From positions 1-36,647 of the forward strand of contig JAWOBU010000086.1 in assembly GCA_046484135.1 (NCBI GenBank): DNA of 36,647 bases. The letters run 5' to 3'. Below the pieces are notes generated by a model that ran no database searches, had not been told where the DNA came from, and saw nothing but the letters and a program-made list of their open reading frames with translations. This document shows, in pieces, positions 18,809 to 28,593 of the stretch. The stretch is from a bacterium (lineage in GTDB: Bacteria > RBG-13-61-14 > DATKZS01). The translations under genes were made by a program, and so were the position numbers. Numbering within the stretch: position 1 is the stretch's first letter; each line of letters starts with the position of its first letter.

Positions 18809-21328
18809 TTAAGAGTTCTCTTTCAGGACCTCTTCCAGCTTGCGGTAGAGGTCGGCCGGCTCGAAGGGCTTCTGGATAAAACCGGCCAGTCCCTTGCCGT
18901 TAAAACGGGAGGTGGTCTCCTCTTCGCTGTAGCCGCTGGTGAGTATCACCTTAACTGCGGGGTTTATGCGTCTCAGCTCCCGGAAGGCCTCATCACCTCC
19001 CATGTGGGGCATGGTCAGGTCCAGGAGCACCACGTCAATATCGTCCGCGTTCTCCCGGTACTCGTTCAAGGCCTCCATTCCGTCACAAGCCGTAAGCACC
19101 CGGCAGTTATACTTCTCCAGGACCAGCCGGCAGATGTTTCGGACCGAGTCCTCGTCGTCCGCCACCAGCACGGTGTGGGAAGCTTTGCCCTCGTGCTTCA
19201 CAGGTTCGCCGGAAACACGGTCATCAACCTCCGCCACAGGGAAAAGCACCTTGATGGTGGTTCCCCGCCCCGGCTCGGAGTACACCTTCAGGGTCCCGGA
19301 ATGGGAACGAACGATCCCCAGCACCGCGGCCAAGCCCAGTCCCCGGCCGGTGAACTTGGTGGTAAAGAAGGGGTCGAAAATCTTGGACACGGTTTCTTCA
19401 TCCATGCCGCAGCCGTTGTCCGAGACCTCGAGGTAGATGTAGTATCCGGAGGGGAGTCCCTCGTCCAGAAAGGCGCGGGAGAGGTAATCCTGGTCTGCCT
19501 GCATTACTCCAGTGGTTACGGAGATGATGCCGCTTTTTTCTCCCAGGGCCTCGGAGGAGTTGGTTACCAGGTTCATGACCACCTGCCTGACCTGGTCGGG
19601 GTCCGCTTTTATGCGGGGAAGCTTCTCGGACAAGCGGAGCTTCAAGACCGCTTTCTTGGAGATGGTGTGATTGAGGAGATGCTCCATTTCCTCCAGGAGG
19701 TAGTTCAGGTTGACGGGCTCGATCAGGAACTTGCCCTTGCCGGAGTAAGCCAGAAGCTGCTTGGTCAGCTCCGCGGCGCGGTGGGAGGCTGTCTCTATCT
19801 CTTCCAGGCTGAGCCGGGCGGGAGATTCGGGCGGAAGCTCCTTTAAAGCGAGGCTCGCGTTTCCCAGTATGATCATCAATAGGTTGTTGTAATCGTGGGC
19901 GATCCCGCCTGCGAGCACCCCCAGGCTCTCCAGCTTCTGGGCGTTGAGTATCTGGTTCTCAAGGAGCCTCTTTTGTCTTTCCTGCCGGTCTCTCTCCAGC
20001 CTTGCATGGAGCACCGGACCGATGCTCTCGCAGACCCGGTGGAAGATCTCGAGATCCTCATCCTGGTAATCCCGCTCCCGGTTGCCCACCACAATGACTC
20101 CCACCGGCCGGCCCTGGTGGATAAGCGGCGAAGCCATGGCTCGCTGAAAGGAGAGCTCTGCTATGGTAACGGGACCTCTTTCCGCCGGAAGCACAGAGGG
20201 CTTAAGATCGTTCCAGGCCGTTTGCAGTACGTCTGCCCACTCCGACCGCGGGATAAGTGCCGGCGGGGAGTCCTTTGTTTCATGCTCATTCTCGGCCGGT
20301 CTCCGGGCAGCCACCGCCACGCCGCCGTCTTCGCTCAAGTAGCCGAACAGGCCGGAGCCGCTCCGGAAGAATTCCACCAACTCTTTCAGGATTTCCCGGT
20401 ACATGCTCGAGTCCGGCCGGGTCAGCATTATCTCGTTTACCCGGTTCCGGATGGTCAGCTCCTCCTCCGCCCGCTTTCTGTCGGTGATGTCCCGGAAGAT
20501 GCCCAGAAGGTAGGTCTTGTCCTCGATGACCTGGGGAGCGGCGCTGACGAGGACAGGCACGCGGGAGCCGTCCGGCCGGAGCACCTCGATGTCCCGGCTT
20601 TCAGTAGGAGACTCGAGGTGACGCCGGACCCCTTGTTCCGCTTTCTCGCGGGCCTCCGGGGGATGGAGCTCGGTAAAGTGAAGTCCTTCTATCTTCTGGC
20701 GGGGCATCTGCATGAGCTTCTCCGCCTGACGGTTGGCCTCCACGATCAGGCCCGTCTCAGGGTCGGCCAGGAATGCGGCGTCATGCATGTTCTCGAAAAG
20801 AGCCCGGTACTTTCTCTCCCGTTCCTTTATGTCCTCTTCGTAGCGCTTGCGCTCGCTGATGTCTATTACCATGGCAGTGGCGTAAAGAAACTCGCCCTTT
20901 TCGTCGTACTTGGGAGCCGCTGATACCAGACCGTGAAACTCGCTGCCATCCTCCCTTATAAAGCAAAGCTCCCGCTTCTGTTTCCTCGCCGGCTCCGCGA
21001 GCGGGGGAAGGGCGTCCGTAAGGCACTCCTCATCCACGAACTCGAGAAAGTTCCTGCCTTGTAAATCCTGCTTTGAACAACCCAGCATCCCGCACATCCG
21101 ATCATTTAAAAACAACGTGTTCCCTTTACCGTCAAACTCCCAGATGCCGACCTCGCAGATGCCGACCTCGGCGGCCTCCAGCATCCAGCGATACCGCTCT
21201 TCGCTCTCCCGAAGAACACCCTCGGAGAGTTTGACCTGCACGCTCGACTTGTCCAGGGAATCAACCAGCTTCCGAAGCGATTCAAGCTCTTGTAAGAGCT
21301 CTGCCTTGCTCTTGTCTTCCTCGTTCAT
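18809..21328 (-). CDS. Hybrid sensor histidine kinase (PAS-PAS-GAF-HisKA-HATPase-REC)
   Basis: Two PAS/PAC domains (DISERK, DITDRK), GAF, H-box LAGGIAHDYNN, QVVMNLVTN, DNGCGM, FDPFFTTK, GRGLGL, REC with LDLTMP and KPF. Confidence 0.95.
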   Translation of the reverse strand: MNEEDKSKAELLQELESLRKLVDSLDKSSVQVKLSEGVLRESEERYRWMLEAAEVGICEVGIWEFDGKGNTLFLNDRMCGMLGCSKQDLQGRNFLEFVDEECLTDALPPLAEPARKQKRELCFIREDGSEFHGLVSAAPKYDEKGEFLYATAMVIDISERKRYEEDIKERERKYRALFENMHDAAFLADPETGLIVEANRQAEKLMQMPRQKIEGLHFTELHPPEAREKAEQGVRRHLESPTESRDIEVLRPDGSRVPVLVSAAPQVIEDKTYLLGIFRDITDRKRAEEELTIRNRVNEIMLTRPDSSMYREILKELVEFFRSGSGLFGYLSEDGGVAVAARRPAENEHETKDSPPALIPRSEWADVLQTAWNDLKPSVLPAERGPVTIAELSFQRAMASPLIHQGRPVGVIVVGNRERDYQDEDLEIFHRVCESIGPVLHARLERDRQERQKRLLENQILNAQKLESLGVLAGGIAHDYNNLLMIILGNASLALKELPPESPARLSLEEIETASHRAAELTKQLLAYSGKGKFLIEPVNLNYLLEEMEHLLNHTISKKAVLKLRLSEKLPRIKADPDQVRQVVMNLVTNSSEALGEKSGIISVTTGVMQADQDYLSRAFLDEGLPSGYYIYLEVSDNGCGMDEETVSKIFDPFFTTKFTGRGLGLAAVLGIVRSHSGTLKVYSEPGRGTTIKVLFPVAEVDDRVSGEPVKHEGKASHTVLVADDEDSVRNICRLVLEKYNCRVLTACDGMEALNEYRENADDIDVVLLDLTMPHMGGDEAFRELRRINPAVKVILTSGYSEEETTSRFNGKGLAGFIQKPFEPADLYRKLEEVLKENS
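21141..21170. repeat. Perfect in-frame 15-bp tandem duplication within the kinase gene
   Basis: CAGATGCCGACCTCG x2, encoding EVGIC-EVGIW. Confidence 0.9.
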
Positions 21329-21355
21329 AGGACGCTCCCGGAAATTTTTAATCGA

Positions 21356-21384
21356 ATACTATAACACCTGTTATAAAAAAGCAA
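21356..21384 (-). promoter_or_regulatory. Possible promoter with palindromic operator upstream of the hybrid kinase
   Basis: Minus strand TTGCTT-17-TAGTAT, overlapped by palindrome TATAACA-CC-TGTTATA (21360-21375). Confidence 0.4.
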
Positions 21385-21531
21385 GTAGAATTTAAAAAAA
21401 AAGCCTTGGATATTATGGCCTGAACACTTGTCAGCGGTTAAAAAAGAGGAAAGAATAAGCGGCAAAAAATGGATTAAAAACATTGGAGAGCCCGTCGTCT
21501 TTCCGTCATGGATGAAGACGGTGAAGGAATA

Positions 21532-22740
21532 TCAGGGCTCGGCGATCTTTTCCGCCCGCGGAGGCTTTTTGCCTTTAAGGAACCGCTCGATGAGCTTCGA
21601 GCACCATTCCAAGTCCCTTCCGCCGGTGAACTTGTAGCCGTTCACAATAAAGGAAGGAGTAGCGTTTATGCCGGCCCGCTTTGCGTCTTGCACGTCTTTT
21701 TTTATTGCGGCGCGGGTGGAAGAGCTTTCCATGCAGGACTGAAACTTCACCGGGTCCATGCCTTCCTCCTCGGCAAGCCGCAAAAGGGTGGGGGTGTCCA
21801 GGGCCCCTTTTACTGCGGCAATGTCCCAGAGCTTTCTGATATAGCTTTTATAATGGCCCATCTGGAAGGCGCACTCCGCCGCTTTTGCGGCCTCGCAGGC
21901 GTGAAGGTGCTGCGGCCTTGATACGTAGGGATTACACTTCGGATTCAAAGGGTAACTCTTATGCACGTGTCTTATCTTGCCGCGGAATTTTTTCAGCAGG
22001 TCCTCTACCCGCTGGTGCATGCGGTTGCAATGGGGACATTCGTAGTCGCTCCATTCAATGACCGTAACCGGCGCCCGAAAGGGACCGGTGGCGGGGTCTT
22101 CGGAAAGGTCTATGTTTACCCCCTTGACCAGCTTCAGCTCCGCGGGCCGGCCGGCCAGCAGATTAAATGCGGCCAGGCCGCCGCCGGCTATAACCACTGC
22201 CGCGGCCGCGGCGGAAAGTATAACTTTGTTCGCGTAAAGCAGGCGCCAGTCTTCCGCCCGTCTTTGCATCCACTTGTTTAAGGGCCGGGCCGTTGGAATG
22301 GTCGCAAACAAAAGTCCGAGGTTGACAAAATATAGTGCGGTGCAATAGGCGCAGAAGGTCTCGATACGAAAGGCGGACACCCAAGCGAGATAGCCGGAGT
22401 AAGCGACGGTCCAGGCGGCCAGTGCCAGGGCGTAGTCTCCGGCCCGGGAGAAGAAAGGCTGTTTCGATTTTATGCCCGCCGCCGCGAGCGCCAGGAAAGC
22501 GACATAGGTGAGGATGGCCCATACCGGCACCGGCACGGAAAGAAGCATTGACTCGCGGCTTAAGGCCACGGCGTTGCAGTCCACTTCCGGGGCCACGTGG
22601 CAGGAGAAAGGATGGAAGGGGTCTTCGCTTACCGTAAGGTGGATAACCAGAAGCTCGACGGATATAAAAAGACCCATGAGGCCCAGCACCACTGCATAGA
22701 TATAATAACGCCCGTTCTTCGCCGGCTGGTTTTGCATCAC
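21532..22740 (-). CDS. Vitamin K epoxide reductase (VKOR) domain fused to a DsbA-like thioredoxin
   Basis: VKOR loop Cys pair (SCHVAPEVDC..V..S) and CAYC; DsbA part WSDYECPHC and INATPSFIVNG (cis-Pro). Confidence 0.92.
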   Translation of the reverse strand: MMQNQPAKNGRYYIYAVVLGLMGLFISVELLVIHLTVSEDPFHPFSCHVAPEVDCNAVALSRESMLLSVPVPVWAILTYVAFLALAAAGIKSKQPFFSRAGDYALALAAWTVAYSGYLAWVSAFRIETFCAYCTALYFVNLGLLFATIPTARPLNKWMQRRAEDWRLLYANKVILSAAAAAVVIAGGGLAAFNLLAGRPAELKLVKGVNIDLSEDPATGPFRAPVTVIEWSDYECPHCNRMHQRVEDLLKKFRGKIRHVHKSYPLNPKCNPYVSRPQHLHACEAAKAAECAFQMGHYKSYIRKLWDIAAVKGALDTPTLLRLAEEEGMDPVKFQSCMESSSTRAAIKKDVQDAKRAGINATPSFIVNGYKFTGGRDLEWCSKLIERFLKGKKPPRAEKIAEP

Positions 22741-22760
22741 GTTCTACTTGTCCAAGCCTC

Positions 22761-23561
22761 TCACAACAGAAAGCAGAGCCCCAGCTTGGCCAGGGCCCCT
22801 GCCACCGGCGCTATAATGTTGTCGTCAATGAAATAAAACGGCAGACTCTCGAATATGGCGGCGACCATGGTTGAAGCGAAACAGATAAAAGCGATCATGG
22901 GGATGGACAGGCTCTGGATATGCAAAAGGACCCACGAGCTTTGCCACAAAAAGCTCGACCCCTCTGCGTTTCCCAGGGTAAACACGAAGAAGAAAAAGGA
23001 CCCGAGAGTGCCCATGACAAGGAACGCGCTCATTCCCTCGTAGGTTTTGTCTTTATTCCACCGAAGGGGGGTCTTGCCGAAGAACTTGCCGATCAAGGTG
23101 GCGAAGCCGTCGCCGAAGCTCAAGGTCGCCCATTGTGACGCTGCTATGGGTAAGGGGAAGAAGATAATGAGAACCAGCACGGTTATCGGATAAGACAACA
23201 TTCCGCGCGAGTAACCGGTCTGTTTTTCATCGTCCCGGAAGGTGAACTTGAAATAGCGGGGCATGCCCACCGCGTTCCAGACAAAAGAAACTGCGGCAAA
23301 GGCTATCCCGTACCACCAGCCGAACCACCGAAGCGGCAGCGCCAGCACCACCACCCCGATGTGGAGGGCCTTCCGGATCAGCTCCCGCGCCCAGTAAGGA
23401 AGATCGTAAACCGAACTCCACCATCCGGACAGGGTGGAGACAAGCCACGACCCGTTTTCATCCGGCAATGATGCTGTATCATCCGTATCAGGAGCCGGCT
23501 GCCGGTCATCCCTGAAATTTGCTTCCTGGCCCACGTCCTCTTGTCCTTCCTGGTCTATCAT
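22761..23561 (-). CDS. CTP-dependent polyprenol/diacylglycerol kinase-like membrane protein (SEC59/DGK1/VTE5 family)
   Basis: ELIRKALHI, LSFGDGFATLIGK.FG, KTYEG, E...IDDNIIAP; start uncertain (23561 or 23591; the track's 23771 start is unlikely). Confidence 0.82.
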   Translation of the reverse strand: MIDQEGQEDVGQEANFRDDRQPAPDTDDTASLPDENGSWLVSTLSGWWSSVYDLPYWARELIRKALHIGVVVLALPLRWFGWWYGIAFAAVSFVWNAVGMPRYFKFTFRDDEKQTGYSRGMLSYPITVLVLIIFFPLPIAASQWATLSFGDGFATLIGKFFGKTPLRWNKDKTYEGMSAFLVMGTLGSFFFFVFTLGNAEGSSFLWQSSWVLLHIQSLSIPMIAFICFASTMVAAIFESLPFYFIDDNIIAPVAGALAKLGLCFLL

Positions 23562-23778
23562 GAACTTCCCGTCATCTAATATAACCGACATTCCCGGAAA
23601 ATTAAATCCGGGCGCAAGAGAAGTTACCATTGTTCTACCAAGAAATAAAATGAAGCGGGCCGATATAAATAAAGACAACTCTCCTCGCCGGCTGATTCCT
23701 TTATAGAAACGGGACAGCAGTTCCCCGGAGAAAAACAGGCCTCTGTCGCCGGTTTTGGAACTTCTTCTCAAAAAGTGA

Positions 23779-23807
23779 TTGACAATCCAAGAGAACTCCT
23801 GTATAAT
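23779..23807 (+). promoter_or_regulatory. Perfect-consensus sigma70 promoter upstream of carD
   Basis: TTGACA-17 bp-TATAAT. Confidence 0.85.
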
Positions 23808-24182
23808 TAAAATCAGATTAAAAAAGCCTTGGTTTGCTAGTAAAGCTCTTTGCTCGCCGCTCTTTATTGTATATTCTCACCCGCTCATTCGCTCTTGCTG
23901 GTGTTCTACTTGACCATGGCCAGGGTACTGTCGGCTTTTTCAAGAGGCGCATATTTCACCGGACGGCCAGATGAGGTCACTTATAAACACTTCCAGCCGC
24001 CATTTTACCAGGTTTTTATACACACCCCGGAGGGGCACTGTCCGGGCTGGATGGTGCCGCTCACTCATTTCTAATTTCTTTCCGGCAGCTTATTCTTCTG
24101 TTAATCTACGGGACACCGCGGGCTTTGGGGCCCGAAAAGCGCTTTTGGTTCTTTACTTTACAGGCCAGAGGGAGGAGAAGGC

Positions 24183-24677
24183 ATGTTCAAGGTTGGCGAC
24201 ATAGCAGTATATCCTGCTCACGGGGTGGGCGTAGTGGAAGACATCGAGGAAAAAGAGATTTCCGGCAATTCTCAGACCTTTTATGTATTGCGGCTTCTTG
24301 ACAATAACATCACCATCATGATCCCCCAGGACAACGCCGGGAACGTGGGACTCCGGGGGGTGATTCCCAAAAAAGAGGTCACCGAAGTATATAAGATACT
24401 TAAGAAAAAGCGCGGCCGGAAGAAATCGCAGACCTGGAACCGCAGGCACCGTCTTTACATGGACAAGATAAAAACCGGCTCCATTTTCGAGATCGCCGAG
24501 GTCATGCGGGAGCTGTATCTTTTAAAGCTGAACAAGGAGCTGAGTTTCGGGGAGAGGAAAGTCCTGGACACGGCACGGAGCCTTTTGATAAAGGAGCTTT
24601 CCGTGGCCAAGAACTCCAGAGAAGAAACTATCGAAAAAGAGATAGACAAAATTTTCGGCCGGACTGGAAATTCATAA
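24183..24677 (+). CDS. carD: CarD/CdnL-family RNA polymerase-binding transcription factor
   Basis: FKVGDIAVYPAHGVG, VGLR, TWNRR (conserved Trp), KIKTG, LSFGERK; RBS GGAGGAG. Confidence 0.96.
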   Translation: MFKVGDIAVYPAHGVGVVEDIEEKEISGNSQTFYVLRLLDNNITIMIPQDNAGNVGLRGVIPKKEVTEVYKILKKKRGRKKSQTWNRRHRLYMDKIKTGSIFEIAEVMRELYLLKLNKELSFGERKVLDTARSLLIKELSVAKNSREETIEKEIDKIFGRTGNS

Positions 24678-24937
24678 GAACAACAAGTCAGGATGAGCTC
24701 TCCCCCGGGAGAAGCCGGAAAGGCCGGCCGCGTGGAAATCTTAAAGTGTGTGTTTTCATTGCTCCAGGTTCAGGCACCAGCGCTTATAACAGCCGGGCTC
24801 TGAAAAAAAGCCGGGGCCTACATTATAAAAACTCATGAAATCTATAACTTAGCCTGCCGACCTATTCCAGGATCCCTCCTTATGAAGAAGTTCGAGACTT
24901 AAAAAAGCTCTCTATAAAAGGAAGCGGAACTTAAAAA

Positions 24938-26125
24938 ATGGAAAAAGAAGTAATCGGGATCGTGGGCGCGGGTATTGCCGGAAGCAGGCTGGCCTGGCTT
25001 CTTGCTTCAGACTCGAAAAAGGTCTTTCTTTTTGACCACCGGGCGCCGTGGGAGAAGCCTTGCGGCGGAGGGCTTACCTATAAGATATTCCGAGAGTTCA
25101 AAGACTTAAAACAAAGAGACCTGGGAGGGGAAAACCACCGGCTGGTCCAGATGGTCTTCCCGAAGGGAAGAAGGATAAAGCTCAGCCTGTACCAGGGAAT
25201 CTACACCATCTCCAGGGAGACTCTTGGAAAAACACTGCTTGATCGTGCGGTTCACGCAGGAGCCGAGTTCCGGCCCGAAAAGGTGCAAAAGGTGCAAAAG
25301 TCGGGGGAAGGATTCCGCATCGAATCGGAGGGGGGCGGCCTTGACGTGGACTTTCTCATCGGTGCGGACGGTGTCAGGAGCGTGGTCCGGGAGGAGTTCT
25401 CCCGGCCGTTTGATCGGGAAGACATGATTCTGGCCTATTCCTTTCTCCTGCCGGCAACCGAACGAATGCCTCTTGTCATCCGGTTCTTTCAAAAGTATGC
25501 CGGATATGCCTGGATGTTCCCGCGGCCCGGGCAAATAGCCGCTGGAATCGCCCTGAGTCCTTCACCGGAAAAAAAGGAACAAATAATCGAGCTGTTGGAG
25601 GAGTTCGTGCAAAAGGAGTTCAAAAGGGCTGAGATAGAGTATCCCGGACCGGCAGAGCCGCGGGCATGGCTGTTGCCAAACCTCCGGACCGAAACCCTCC
25701 AAGACCCCGGAGTGGCAGGAAAAGGGTGGGCTTTGGCAGGAGACGCCGCGGGTGCCGCAGACCCCATCACCGGCGAGGGGATCTACTACGCCTTTAAAAC
25801 CGCTCATCTTATCCACCGGGCCCTGCAAGCCGGCGACCTGGAAAGCTATGTCCAAACCTTCCAGAAGAACATAGCAGCCGAGCTCTCCCTGGTTTCTCCC
25901 CTGCGAGAAAAGTTCTTTGCCAACAGAACGTTAAGAGCACTGGGCGTCATGCTGGACTACAGCCCCGCTGTCCGAATGCTGACCCGGGACCTCATAGGCG
26001 GGTACGAAAACTATGCGAATTTAAAACCACGCGTCAAAAGCGAGCTCAATAAGTATCTAAAAGAGTGCTCCCTTAATCTGCTCACCTTTAATAAGGGCCA
26101 AAGAAAAAGAAGAAAAAGACCATAA
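24938..26125 (+). CDS. Geranylgeranyl reductase-family FAD-dependent oxidoreductase
   Basis: GAGIAG, EKPCGGG, IGADG..S.V, GYAWMFP (YxWxFP), GDAAG..DPITGEGIYYA. Confidence 0.88.
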   Translation: MEKEVIGIVGAGIAGSRLAWLLASDSKKVFLFDHRAPWEKPCGGGLTYKIFREFKDLKQRDLGGENHRLVQMVFPKGRRIKLSLYQGIYTISRETLGKTLLDRAVHAGAEFRPEKVQKVQKSGEGFRIESEGGGLDVDFLIGADGVRSVVREEFSRPFDREDMILAYSFLLPATERMPLVIRFFQKYAGYAWMFPRPGQIAAGIALSPSPEKKEQIIELLEEFVQKEFKRAEIEYPGPAEPRAWLLPNLRTETLQDPGVAGKGWALAGDAAGAADPITGEGIYYAFKTAHLIHRALQAGDLESYVQTFQKNIAAELSLVSPLREKFFANRTLRALGVMLDYSPAVRMLTRDLIGGYENYANLKPRVKSELNKYLKECSLNLLTFNKGQRKRRKRP

Positions 26126-26427
26126 AAAAGCCTGTTTAAAAATGTCTGAAACAGATTTGAATTCAATATGGGAAAGGTAAAAAGCAGCTTTTGAAGCGTG
26201 CCAAAACTATAAAATAACATTGTGAAAACGAGATATGGGGTCGAGCTCGGGGTGGCACAAGTTAGTCCCAGCAGGGTGTAATACTACGCTATGAGTCAGT
26301 AATCAACCTTTTTTGAACCTGTAAACCCACCCATCCTCGGACGGACGGGCGGGCCGCCCAGGGGTTACGGGAGGTCTAAAGCTTTCAGGAAGTTCGAAAA
26401 TTGGGGGTACTCCACTTACCTTTCTCC

Positions 26428-26455
26428 TTGACAATCCCGCCCCTTGTGATAGCTT
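26428..26455 (+). promoter_or_regulatory. Possible sigma70 promoter for the radical SAM gene
   Basis: TTGACA-16 bp-TAGCTT with extended -10 TG. Confidence 0.45.
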
Positions 26456-26561
26456 GAGCTTTAGAAGGCGCTAAGCCGTGCGCTGTCCGGCCGGGCGGCG
26501 CTTGAGCGCACGCGCGCCGCGGTTGCGTGAACTGACGCGCTTTCAGAAAACCTGTAAAACC

Positions 26562-27965
26562 ATGACAAGGACCGTGTTTATAAGGGCCGGCCATAAATCG
26601 GTGCGGCAGCATTTTTCCCCTCCGCTCGGCATCATGAGCCTGGCCTCTTACCTGCGCGAGAACCTCCCGGACACCGACGTTAAGCTGATAGACATGGCGC
26701 CTGAGCGCCTTTCGGCAGAGGAGGCTGCGGACAAGGCCCTGTCGTTCTCGCCGGATGTGGCGGGCATCTCTGCCATGAGCTACGAGTCCGCGGACATGGC
26801 GCGGCTGTCCGGTCTTCTAAAATCTCGCGCTCCCGATTTGCCGGTTATTGCGGGCGGGCCTCACGTTACCACGGTCAAGGAGCGGGCCTTCGATGACCCG
26901 AACCTGGACTATATCGTGACCGGTGAAGGCGAGCTCTCCCTTTCCGAGCTTCTGCCGCGCGTGCTTTCGGGGGAGGACATCTCCGAGGTCGCAGGCATCG
27001 GCTACCGGGAAAACGGCGCCGGCAGGCTCACCGCGCCGCGCGAAGAGATAGTGGACCTCGATTCGTTGCCCCTGCCCGCTTACGATCTTATAGACATCCG
27101 CCGCTACTGGGACCTGCCCAGGTTCGGCACCACCTTCGTGAACAAAGAGTACGCCACCCTGTCCACCTCCCGCGCCTGCCCCTATCAATGCACTTACTGC
27201 CACCGCATCTTCGGAAGGCGCTATCGGTCTCAGAGCCCGGAGACAGTGCTGCGCGACCTCGAAACCCTGGCCCGAGAGCACAGCGTGCGCGAGATACAGT
27301 TCGTGGACGACTGCTTCAACCTGGAGAAAAAAAGGCTTGCCGCCATCTGCGACGGCATCGTCGAGCGGGGGCTCGAATTCTCCATATCGTTTCCCAACGG
27401 CATCAGGGGAGACATCATGGACCGGGAGACCCTTAAGAAGCTGAAAAAAGCGGGTACCTACCGCATCACCTACGCGATAGAGACGGCCTCACCCCGGATG
27501 CAGAAGTTCATCAAGAAGAACGTGAAGCTCGACAAGCTAAAAGATGTGATCGAAGAGACCGACAAACAAGACATCATGGTGGACGGGTTCTTCATGGTGG
27601 GGTTCCCCGGCGAGACGCGCGAAGAGATCAACATGACGCTCGACTACGCCCTGTCCTCCAAACTCCACTCCGCCAACTTCTGGTTCGTAACACCCTTTAA
27701 AGGAACCGAGCTTTACGACCAGGCAGTGGAAATGGGATACCAGGTGCCGGACGAGTCCGAGTCGCTCCACTACTTCGATCCCCAGACCGACCTCTCGGAG
27801 GTGCCCGGACCCGAGCTCAAAAAGATGGTCCAGAGGACCTTCCTCAAGTTCTACCTCCATCCCTTACGGTTATGGAGAATCTTCAAGCTCTTCCCCAATA
27901 AAAAACAGCTCCCCGCCCTTCTCGCCCGCTTCATAAAAATCTCCGCCACCTGGAACTACGAGTAA
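26562..27965 (+). CDS. Cobalamin-binding radical SAM protein
   Basis: PPLGIMSLA, GGPHVT, GEGE, SRACPYQCTYC, VDDCF, FMVGFPGET, PFKGT; start placed at MTRTVF. Confidence 0.92.
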   Translation: MTRTVFIRAGHKSVRQHFSPPLGIMSLASYLRENLPDTDVKLIDMAPERLSAEEAADKALSFSPDVAGISAMSYESADMARLSGLLKSRAPDLPVIAGGPHVTTVKERAFDDPNLDYIVTGEGELSLSELLPRVLSGEDISEVAGIGYRENGAGRLTAPREEIVDLDSLPLPAYDLIDIRRYWDLPRFGTTFVNKEYATLSTSRACPYQCTYCHRIFGRRYRSQSPETVLRDLETLAREHSVREIQFVDDCFNLEKKRLAAICDGIVERGLEFSISFPNGIRGDIMDRETLKKLKKAGTYRITYAIETASPRMQKFIKKNVKLDKLKDVIEETDKQDIMVDGFFMVGFPGETREEINMTLDYALSSKLHSANFWFVTPFKGTELYDQAVEMGYQVPDESESLHYFDPQTDLSEVPGPELKKMVQRTFLKFYLHPLRLWRIFKLFPNKKQLPALLARFIKISATWNYE

Positions 27966-28196
27966 AAAATATACTCATCCCATCAAATGGAGGCTTTTGC
28001 AAAATTCCGAATTTTTGTGGTGGGAGCGAGCTCCCTGTGCGAGCCCGCCACGGCAGACAGAGCAGGCAGGGAAAAGCGGGAAAAGTGCCCGGACTGAGAA
28101 TGGCGCGAAGAAGACGGCGGCTAACGGCAAGAAGGCAAAAAGCAGGGACGGCCCAGAATGCTGCTAACTTCAGGCATTTTACAGGCTCTTTTCTTT

Positions 28197-28384
28197 TCAT
28201 TTAATCGGGGGTATTGCCAGGTCTTTGCATATCTTCCTGGCTAAATTGTCATTGATCTCGGCATGTCGGGGAACGGATGATCTTTTATTCAATTCAGGGT
28301 CCACCACCATGAATGCCTGGCGCCTTCTCTTAGAAGCTGGCAGCCATTGCTTTTAAGGTAGCTCAGAAGTTCACGTCTCTTCAT
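28197..28384 (-). pseudogene. hicA: HicA toxin, frameshifted (1-bp deletion near 28300)
   Basis: MKRRELLSYLKSNGCQLLREGARHSWWW then stop at 28289; adjacent frame continues PELNKRSSVPRHAEINDNLARKICKDLAIPPIK*; span 188 bp = 63 codons minus 1; ATGA overlap with hicB. Confidence 0.85.
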
Positions 28385-28593
28385 ACCCGTAACAAGATTT
28401 CAGAGTAATCGGAGCCAGCCGCGGAGAGCGCGTCCTGTTTATTCATTTCCAGTGCCTCTATCAGGGTGACTTGCAGGCTTTCCACCAATTTTTCGCGGCT
28501 GCTCTCCTGGCAGTTCACTCCGGGGATTTCTTCCACCCAGCCGATCCACCAATCACCTTCTTCTTTTATAACCGCAGTATAAGAGTTTTCCAT
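28381..28593 (-). CDS. hicB: HicB-family antitoxin (short form)
   Basis: YTAVIKEEGDWWIGWVEEIPGVNCQ...L...L.EALE; coupled to hicA; start placed at MENSY. Confidence 0.88.
   Translation of the reverse strand: MENSYTAVIKEEGDWWIGWVEEIPGVNCQESSREKLVESLQVTLIEALEMNKQDALSAAGSDYSEILLRV

Noticed and set aside
23562..23771. N-terminal extension of the prenol-kinase ORF; likewise extensions of glgC (17218), radical SAM (26478) and hicB (28674)
   Set aside because: No family-like sequence; they run into promoter/intergenic DNA or the upstream gene, and downstream starts fit better
26195..26270. Sigma54 promoters at TGGCAC motifs
   Set aside because: No GC at the -12 position with correct spacing on either strand
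26318..26371. Imperfect hairpin CCTGTAAACCC...GGGGTTACGGG as riboswitch or REP
   Set aside because: Single copy, weak pairing, no cobalamin-riboswitch consensus recognised
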